In this document: positions 1 through 9,200 of the stretch, piece after piece | Layout of the letters: each line of letters begins with the position of its first letter | How positions within the stretch are numbered: position 1 is the stretch's first letter | Assembly (NCBI RefSeq): GCF_964188315.1 | Contig: NC_135669.1 | Span: forward strand, 29,202,001-29,266,000 | Direction of reading: 5' to 3' | DNA length: 64,000 nt | Source: Podarcis muralis | Lineage: Eukaryota | The notes under the pieces: generated by a model | What the model was told of the DNA's origin: nothing | The model's input: only the letters and a program-made list of their open reading frames with translations | Databases searched by the model: none | Made by a program: the position numbers and the translations under genes

Positions 1-42
1 ACCTTCCTTCCAAGGAAACCAAACGCTGGGTATGAGCCTGGA

Positions 43-209
43 CAGTGGCGTAGCGTGGGGGGTGCAGGGGGGGCCAGCCGTACCGGGCGCAACATCTGGG
101 GGGGGGGCGCTTGCACTCGCAGCTCTCTGCCCCTACCTGGCTCACTCACTCTAGGGGGCGCAAATTACTTGCCTTGCCCCGGGTGCTGACAACCCACGCT
201 ACGCCACTG
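43..209. mobile_element. hAT-type MITE (167 bp)
   Basis: Perfect 17-bp TIR CAGTGGCGTAGCGTGGG; perfect 8-bp TSD AGCCTGGA at 35-42 and 210-217. Confidence 0.9.
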
Positions 210-2529
210 AGCCTGGAACCCCTGGAATCTCTCACTGTTTGGAGAATGGGGTGGTGTGGAACAATATATTTTATGAGTTACCGTAATTTAAGCGGGGGGG
301 GGGGGGTTGCAAAGCCTCTTTCTCCTGAGATGGGCAGAGGCGGCCAGGGAGCTCCAGGCCCTTCCATGCCGGGGAAGGACTTGAAGTATTTGTTGCTGAA
401 CGTAAGACGTAGGCCAGTCTCTGCCAGCTGAGGCTGCTCTCTTGAGCCAAAAATGTGGGTCTTCACTGCTGCTCCCCCACTTCCAGCTTTCCCCACCTGT
501 GTCATCAGCACCAGATATTTCCAATATCCCTCTGCGGAAGGGGGAAAGGACCCTGAAAGCAAGCAAAGGGCATCCCAAGCAGCGATGGAGATGAACTCCA
601 GGATTGAACAAATTTCTCTGTTTTTCTCCCCCTGTTTTAATCTCACATGCCTGGATTTAGGTGCATTCTGGGACAAAACCTGGGTTTTGGTTTTGGTTTT
701 TTGTTTTAAAATGGTGCTGACTTATGCTGGATTTTTCCAGTGACCAGCGAGGGCTGCCCCACCCATTGCAAAATTCCGACCTGAAAGGTAAGATTTGGCA
801 ACTCCGAGATTGCTGCCTTCAAAAAGGCAAATTTCTCACCCTTAAGGCTTTGAAGGAGAAAGCCATGAGAGACTGTGGAAAGGGGGGCGGGTTTGCTTGG
901 TATTGTCAATCAAATCAGAGGAACAAAGCAGTCAGTTCTAATATATGTGTTGCAATCCTGACAGCAGAAAGAGAAATACTTTTCCAAAAATCACCATGTA
1001 AAAACTAAACTACCGGTACAGTATATGGATTTTTGTAGCTGTGGCTCACCACTTTCCTTTCAGATCACCTTTCGGGTCCAATGGCCAGTTCAAATTCCCA
1101 CCCATATAAAGGGTCCCTGTTGAAAGTTTCATAAAAGATCAAATACTGTACAGGTTTTAAAAACACCTGTTTGTCCTTATTTGGGCCATAGATCAATCCC
1201 AATGACTTTCCCCCATGTAGGATCCCTTTAAGAAATATGTATCTGCTTCGCAGATCACCAAGAACTGCATCCTCTTTAAATGATACATGAGGGGACATAC
1301 AAATATTCCCCTGCTTTAGAGGTGCCTGTGACTGAATACCACATGCCTCAAGAAATATTTATGTGTTAATAGCTCAAGCCTCTTTTTAAAAGTGAGTTTC
1401 CTGCAGCATTATTCCTGCAGGATTTTTGTTTTTCAGCATTCCAGACTCACCGTCACTTCCTTGGCTTACCCAATCTATTGACATTCCAGGAGCAAAATGC
1501 TCAAGAGGAATTGTTAGGTATTCTCTATTTACATATCTTATGTCCTTTTTAAAGAAAGATTCACGATTCAAGTCACTTGGTGTATTTTGCCTGCTCCGTT
1601 TCCCCTCTCCTCCCCTGTTCCCAAGCACAACATAACACCCAACTACTGACTGATTCCATGCCCAGAGCATCCTACAATACGAGCCTCCAAGGTAGGGAAT
1701 GTATAAGCGGAATGAGATAAACACCATCTCTCTGTATCGGCTCACCAATACTTTCTACTGAAACACTAAATTTCAGCAGAATAGCAGAAAGCCCCTGTTT
1801 TCTACCTCACTAAGGATAATCAGGTCTCATTGTAACTCCCAAAACATAACAAAGAAGTAAGCTGCCCATTTAGCACCCGTGTGATAGAAACTTGCAGCCC
1901 TCATTTCCCAAGGGAGTTCTGTAATTGAGGAATCTAAGCCATCGTTTTATTTCATTGCTTTATTTCATAGACTTTATACAGTGCCTGATTGCACAAAACC
2001 TCAAAGCAGTTTACAAAAACCAGACAGAATGGGCGGTCCCTAATCAATGGAGTTATTAGGGGATGTCAGGTCAGCCTCATTCGCCCTCCCATGACCCATG
2101 GGGGGGGGTGTGGACATGAGAAATAGCGCTATAAGTATTGCTTACATTGGGGGAGGAAGGAGCTTCCATGGAAAGGCCTCCTTTGGGCTCCCCTTCTGGT
2201 CATTCACCCCCAAGGAAGTAGCTCTTGGGTCATTTTTCAGCTGCAAAGGAGGGAAATCCCCTTTGCCAGAATAAATCGGCTATGTTGCATAATCAAAGCT
2301 CTGCAAAACACTCCTGTTTCTTTCATCTTCATCCTGGTTGAAAACCCTCTCATTATATAAAAGAAGGGGGAAAGTCGGGTCTTTGAGGAGAGATCCTGTG
2401 ATGCTCACCAGATAAGTGCTTTTGGAGAAGTGGAGCGTTTTATATATAGAGACAGACTCCCCCCCACTCCTCTAGGAGTTTCAGAAATGGCATCAAGAAC
2501 AGTGTGCAGCCAATGAAACCTGTTAAAAA

Positions 2530-2722
2530 GAGTCAGTGTGGTGTACTGGTTAGAGCATTGGACTAGGACCTGGTTGAGACCAGGGTTCAAATCCTCTCAC
2601 TCAGCCATGAAGCTCAGTTGGTGACCTTAGGCTAGTCACTCACTCTCAGCCTCACCTACCACAAGGGGTTGTTGTGAGGGAAAAGTGGAAAGTAGACCCA
2701 CATAGGCCCCCTTGAGTTGCTC
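2530..2722 (+). mobile_element. tRNA-derived MIR/Squam3-like SINE, diverged
   Basis: A-box (TGGTGTACTGGTTAGAG) and B-box (GGGTTCAAATCC) head followed by the ctcagcctcacctacc..gggttgttgtgagg core seen in other copies in the window. Confidence 0.7.
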
Positions 2723-2807
2723 AGTGGAAAGGTGGGATAGAATCGTGAAAACGGAATGAAGCTGAAATGCCGCAAGCAGCTTGGCTGAAGCTGCCTCTCT
2801 GGAGCCA

Positions 2808-3053
2808 AAAGAAGAAGAGCTTGGATTTGATATTCTGCTTTATCACTACCCGAAGGAGTCTCAAAGCGGCTAACATTCTCCTTTCCCTTCCTCCCTCACA
2901 ACAAACACTCTGTGAGGTGAGTGAGGCTGAGAGACTTCAGAGAAGTGTGACTAGCCCAAGGTCACCCAGCAGCTGCAGGTGGAGGAGCGGGGAAGCGAAC
3001 CCGGTTCACCAGATTACGAGTCTACCGCTCTTAACCACTACACCACACTGGCT
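2808..3053 (-). mobile_element. Squam3-like tRNA-derived SINE, near full length
   Basis: Reverse complement begins AGCCAGTGTGGTGTAGTGGTTAAGAGCGGTAGACTCGTAATCTGGTGAACCGGGTTCG and ends in a (CTT)n tail; the same head recurs at 63944-64000. Confidence 0.8.
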
Positions 3054-3256
3054 TGCCCCCTCTTCGTTTCCCAAAATGTTCCGCTGCAAACACTGCAAGA
3101 CTTGAACTGTCTGGCAAGTCTCTTTTGCAACGCCTGAGAGTCCTTGAAATGCTACTTTCAGGATGGGGTGGGTGCTTGTGTGTTCTGACAGTCACCTGCT
3201 GCTGCTGATTTGGAATAATTTGCCAAGAAGCCCCCCGCCTCAGCTCAAGCTGCTCC

Positions 3257-6200
3257 TCAGATCTCTGCCCTGAATTCAGGCTCCAGGAGCTTGGCCCAGC
3301 TGGGGCTGTAGGGGTGTACCACCGAGGTGGGCCTCTCCTGCCTGTCTACCATCTGCCTCCGTTCAACGGCCCAAACCACCAGGCCGCCACAGACGTTGTA
3401 GATCTTGGGCGACGCCATGAAGGTCTTCCCAGTCTCCCTGGAGAAGTAGCTGCCCAGGAGCTGAGCTGCCATGGACGACCGATAACCCACTGTGCAGTAG
3501 CAAATGATGGGCTTGCTGGGACCCTCCTCCTCCCGCCCTGGAAGAGACAGAGATGTGTGTGAGAGAGAAAAGTGATTAGAGTAAAAGTCTTCATAATTGG
3601 ACTGGAGAAAACTCACATCATCCTGACTCCCTTCTGAGCTGATTGATGGGTGTGCTGCTCACAAGCAGAACTTAACAGCTCTTATCAGGATGACCGAGTT
3701 ATTACAACCTGGTCAATTAGACGTCACAAGAAACTAGCTTTGTAGGAAAAACACAGGGAAACAGCACTGCTGGTTAAAAGCCTTCAAAGATTCCATTTGT
3801 ATTTCCATCACACTTTAAACTTTTCACCTTTTCGCCCACCTTCAGGCTGACTCTCCCTTTTTATATGTATTTAAGGGATAAATGGCTTTCTGCCATAAAG
3901 CCTTAGGCCTTGCAGACCACAGACCCATTCATTCTGCGTCCATAGAGAGAAAGGGCTGGTTTTGTCTTGTTACGAAAAGAGAATTGCAAAACATCAGGAC
4001 AGTTATAAATAACAAAATATGTGTATAAACAAGAAGGCTGGAAGGAAGCATCGTGGATTGTCATCTTGAAAATTGCTGTTCCGAAACATAATACATTTTT
4101 AATTTCTTTATTATTATTTTTTATTGAAAGTATTTCAATTGAACATAATAAAGTAAAAAAAAAACCTTAGAGAGAACAGAAGAAAAGAAGTATATCATAC
4201 ACTATTTATCCTATATAGTGTTTTTTTCCTTTCCTTTCCTATTATGTTTTATTGTAATTTTATTGGTGTTAGCTGCCCTGATCCTGGTTCTGGCCAGGGA
4301 GGTTGGGGTATAAATAAAAAAAATATTATTATTATTATATCTTACATAATTTATTTAGAAGCATTAGTGCCTTCATGATTTGTGTGGAGAAGTTAACCAG
4401 GTTCTCCTGCCTGGTGGATGAAATGGTCCCACCACACACCCCCTGCCAGAGTCCTGCTGGCAAGACTGTGAGGATCTCACCACATGAGGAGTTGGCTATA
4501 CCTGGCGCAAGCCGTGTCTTGAAAAACTCCAGCAAGGAATCTTCTTCGGGAGGAACCAAAATGGCACCCGGCAAGTGGCTGATGTCAAACTCAGCTGAAG
4601 TCCGAGTGTCCTGAGGCAACAAGAAGAAGAGAGCAAAATGTTTGGTGTTTAATGATTGGTGGAAATTGGCTTCCTAGTCCTGCCCGCTGGAGCTGCCCAA
4701 GCCTTATGAGGGATAGTTGAGGGAGTTGGGTGTGTTTAGCCTGGAGAAGACTGAATGCTGATTTGACAGCCATCTTCAAATTCCCAAAGAGCTGTCGCAT
4801 GGAAGATGGAGCAAGCTTGTTTTCTGCTGCTCCGGAGGCAGGGGACCCAAACCAGTGGATTCAAATGACAGGAAAGGAGATTCCGATTCAACATTAGAAA
4901 GAACTTTGTGATAGTAAGTGCCGGTGCTTTTTTTCTTTTAAAAAAATGTTTAGGGGTACTCTCATTTTCCTACTCATATTGAAATACTGCCCCTCAATGG
5001 GGCCAAACTTAGATTCATGAAATGTTATGGGGTATGCATACCCCTGTGTCCCCCCAGAAAAAAAGCACTGGTAAGAGCCATTCAACAGTGGAACAGATGA
5101 CCTTGGAAGGTGGTGGAGTCTCCGTCTTGGTAGGGTTTTAAGCAGAGGTTGGATGGCCATCTGTCAGGGATTTTTGAGCTGTGATTACAGCATTGCAAGG
5201 GGTTGGACTAGATGCCCCTTGGGAGTCCCTTCCGACTCTACAAGTCTACGATTCAGAGGCATTCATACAATGGAGCTTTTGTGAGCTCCGCAGCATCACC
5301 TGCTGCTCCCTTCCCTACTCCCAACCCTCAGTACAACTGGTGGCCAAATCAGCCAAACCTCTAATCAAGGCTCTGCTGTTCCACGCAGGAATCCCTATGA
5401 TCTTACTGCTGCTCCTGCTGCCTAATGACAGAGAAAGAGTCAAGAAATTGCAGCTTGTGTCCTCGGCTGGTTATAAATAAGCATCTTCTATGCACACCCT
5501 CTTTCCATGGCCTGTTTGCAAGTGAAACTCTCTGCAAATTTTGCCTGACCTTTGCAGGAGAGAATCTCTGAAGGTTTCTGGGTGAATTCTGTGTTAAGTA
5601 ATTCTTGGACCCGGAAGGGGCCAAAGCAAAAGGCTGCATTCTAGCAGGGCAGAACCAGGAGCAAAAGTATTTTGAGTTAGCGATAATCTGGAATAAAGAC
5701 CGCCTTGCTTCCATTTGCACCAGGGTTACCTGAGGTTAGAATTCCCATTCCTTGGTAAGCCTCCTCAGAAGTAAGCCCCACTTTGTTTGATAGGGTTACT
5801 CTTTTCAAAAGGGTTCTCCCACTTCCATACGACAGACACATTCTACTGTTCTGGCAAGCAAGTGAAAGCAATTCCTTTTTCATTTTAATGTGCTGCATGC
5901 ATTCTCTCACACCAGAAGCCTACCGATTTATTCTCAGACAGATTGGGGGGTGGGCGGATGGATGATGCTTACACTCCCCACGCAATAAAACCAATAGAGA
6001 TCCAGTGCGGTATCGGACTAGGCCAGGGAGACCGGCGTTCGATCCCCACTCAGCCATGATGCTTGCTAGCTGACCTGTCACTCTCTCAGCCTAACCAACC
6101 TCACATGGTTGTTGTGCAGATTAAATGAGAAGGGACAGAACCAGGTACGCACCACCCAGTGCTGCTTGAGGAGAAAAGGAGGGGTAGAAATGAAGTAAAA

Positions 6201-9200
6201 TGAATGAATGAATCCCAAGCAATATATTTGTGCTTACAAAATATTGACACAGTGACTCCTCAACAGGTCCTGAAAAATGCTTCTTTGCAAATGAACAAGA
6301 GCAGAGGTCCCCTTAAAGTTTGGAAGCAGGTTCTGTTATTGGAAGGAGGGTAAAGGGAAATAGATAATACAGCATTCACAGCAGAGTGGACTAAGCAGTA
6401 AACCGGACTGTTGTGACCAGAGTTGAAAGTGAGAGCTGTTCTACAGAGGAATGGACTCCCTTGGAAGAAGTTGGACACTTATTCATTGGAGGTTTTAAGA
6501 GAGAGGTTGGATGGCCATGCGTCGGGCATTCTTTAACTGTGACTCCTGCACGCAGGGCTGGACTAGATGACTCTTGGGGGGGTCCCTCCCAACTCTACAA
6601 TTATCCGAGTCTCTGTGAGCTGAAGGGATGTGCCCAAAGTTTGTGGATCATCCCCATACGGTTCACGATGATGAAATCTGAAGAAGGGGCCCTCTGGAGA
6701 GCTCCCAAGGGAGCAGCTGTCCAAGCTGGGCAAATGAGTGAAGAGTCAGGAAAGCTGCTGCAAAGAGATGTAAACTGAGTAAAAAAAGAAGAACGATTAA
6801 TCTAGATTTGACTAATCCAGAAAGAGATATTGGGGTGTGATGGATATAGTTTATTGACAGCATGAATGCAGGGAGAGTGGAACAGCTGTGGAACAGGTTC
6901 AATAGAGGGAAACCCAAATGTATAAGGGGATAGAGCGACTCTCCTATGAGGAAAGGTAGCAGTGTTTGGGATGTTTTTGCCTAGAAAAGCAAGTAAGTGG
7001 CGACATGATAGAAGTATATAAAATGATGCATGGCATGGTGAAAGTGGATAGAGAAAAGTCGTCTTTCCTCTCTAATAACACTATAACTTGAGGACATCTT
7101 ATGAAGTGGAGTGTTGCGAGATTCAGGGCAGTGCATTGTTAACCTGTGGAACTCCCTCCCTCAGGAGGCGGTGATGGCCACCAACCTGGATGGCTCTAAA
7201 GGAGAATTAGACAAATTCATGGAGAAGAGGGCTATTCATGCCTACCAGGCACAAATTTGCAAAATGAGCCACAAAGTCAGCCCTGTCTCGTGCCTGAAAG
7301 CACCCTCAGGGTATTTGTTTTGGAGACTGGCACTAACAACGTCCATAGGGACCAGACTGACACAACCGCACACACTTGTGTTGCCAGGGGTTGGAAAAGA
7401 GCCTGCTGTACAAAACCAACTTGCAAATCGAGCAGCGTTTATTTCAAGCAGCGGAGGCTTAAAATATCTGTGGTGCGGTTGTGTCAGTATGACCCGAAGG
7501 AGAGCAAAGAGACGCTTCTGTTGGCTGGGCCCAGCTGGGAGACTGGTTGGCTGCTAGGCTGATTCTAAAGAGAGGCGCTGGCCTCTCTGGCAACCTGAGC
7601 CCTGGAACTGTACCTGGCCTGAGTCAAACGGAGAAGGGGGCCTCCTTGGCCTCCTTTCTGGGCTCCCCAACGCTGATCTCCGTTCTGGCACACAACGGGT
7701 GCCGCTCTCTGGGGCCAAGCCCAGTCCTAAGGTAGAAGGCAAGGCAGCAGTAAGTCAGCCCCAGGGACCACATAGGTCAAAAGGACATTTTTGGGCTCCA
7801 TCAAGCTCTTTGGAATGCTAGGACACCATGGTGGGTTGATTGTGAGAATGTGGTGGGTTGCAAAGATCGGCGTTTTCATCTCTCTTTTTAAAAAATGCAT
7901 AACCCCAGTGTTGGACCCCCAACAGGCAGGCTAACCACATACTTAGGGCTCCAGCAAAGCATCAGCACCAAAAACAAATGAATTTGATATTTGATATTAA
8001 AAAAAAACAAACCACACAAGTAGTCTATCATGGGAAAAATCAGAACATCCCCTGTTCTCTATTTATTACTTATCCCACCCTAAACTAGAGGGGTGTCTTA
8101 CAAACATGGACACGTCAGGGGAGAGACTGTTGGACTCACCCAGGAGCACTTCCCTTGCCTCCTGCCTCCCCTCAGCCTGGGACCCCTCATAAGGCAAAAA
8201 ATGCTGCTTCATTATTCTTGTCTTCTTTTCACATTTTTGTAGGGAATGTTCTTGGCCTTCATTCCAATTTGCTTGTGGGGAGGTTACATGTGACAATGCG
8301 CATCTGTCCTGCATTCATCCTGATTCCATTGTGGGCTCTTTATATGCCTTTCTTGTTAATCACCAATTCATTCCAAGCTTTTTATGGCATTTCCCTGCCA
8401 CTTTGGGCACCCCCAAGACTGCCAGGATTTTGTGGGAGGGATCTGAGCACCTACCGGAAATTCAGGCAATCTGTTGCCATGGTGCAACAAATCCACTTTA
8501 AAAAGACAAACCCCCTGGCTGTTTGCAGTTTGGGAAGTGATGGGAAATGTGCTGGGAAAGGGGGGGGGGGGCGTTTGTGCAAAATGTTTACTAGGGAGAC
8601 ATGTCAACACTGCAACCAAACATCATTTCATTCCTCCAGATAAGCTTTGGGCAAGCAGATTCAGTTCAGTCAACAGGATGACAGAGCCAGGTTAATTTCC
8701 CAGAATGCTCCTGAATTCCTCCCCTTCAAAGTAAATGAACACAGTACACAGCAGCAGCAAAATGGAGCCAGGTGGAATAACGGGGTCAACCGTAAAATGT
8801 TACAGGAGATTGCCAGGGCTTCCCCCATTTCTGGTGCAGCAGCCAGACCCTCTGACCTAAAGTCCAGGCCTAGCCCCAAATGGTTTTCTTGCCTGAAGTG
8901 GAAAAGCACACAGTTGCTGGGAATCACAAGAGGGGCTCAGGGGCAGGACTGCTGCTGTTGAACTCAGGTTCTGCTTGCTTGTGGGCTTTCCTTTAGGGCA
9001 GTGTTCCCCAACCTTGGGTCTCCAGCTGTTTTTGGACTACAACTCCCATCATCCCTCGCTAGCAAGACCAGTGGTCAAGGATGATGGGAATTGTAGTCCA
9101 AAAACAGCTGGAGGCCCAAGGTTGGGGAACACTGCTTTAGGGCATCTGGTTGGCCACTGTGAGAACAGGATGCTGGACTAGGTGAGCCCGCTTTTGGCCT

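Noticed and set aside
288-611. 107-aa minus-strand ORF and overlapping ORFs at 111-743
   Set aside because: No recognisable domain and no convincing splice boundaries on that strand; consistent with chance ORFs in GC-rich DNA.
2530-2600. tRNA-like A/B-box sequences (also at 9431, 28130, 59366, 63944)
   Set aside because: No complete cloverleaf or acceptor stem; each continues into a SINE body, so they are SINE heads, not tRNA genes.
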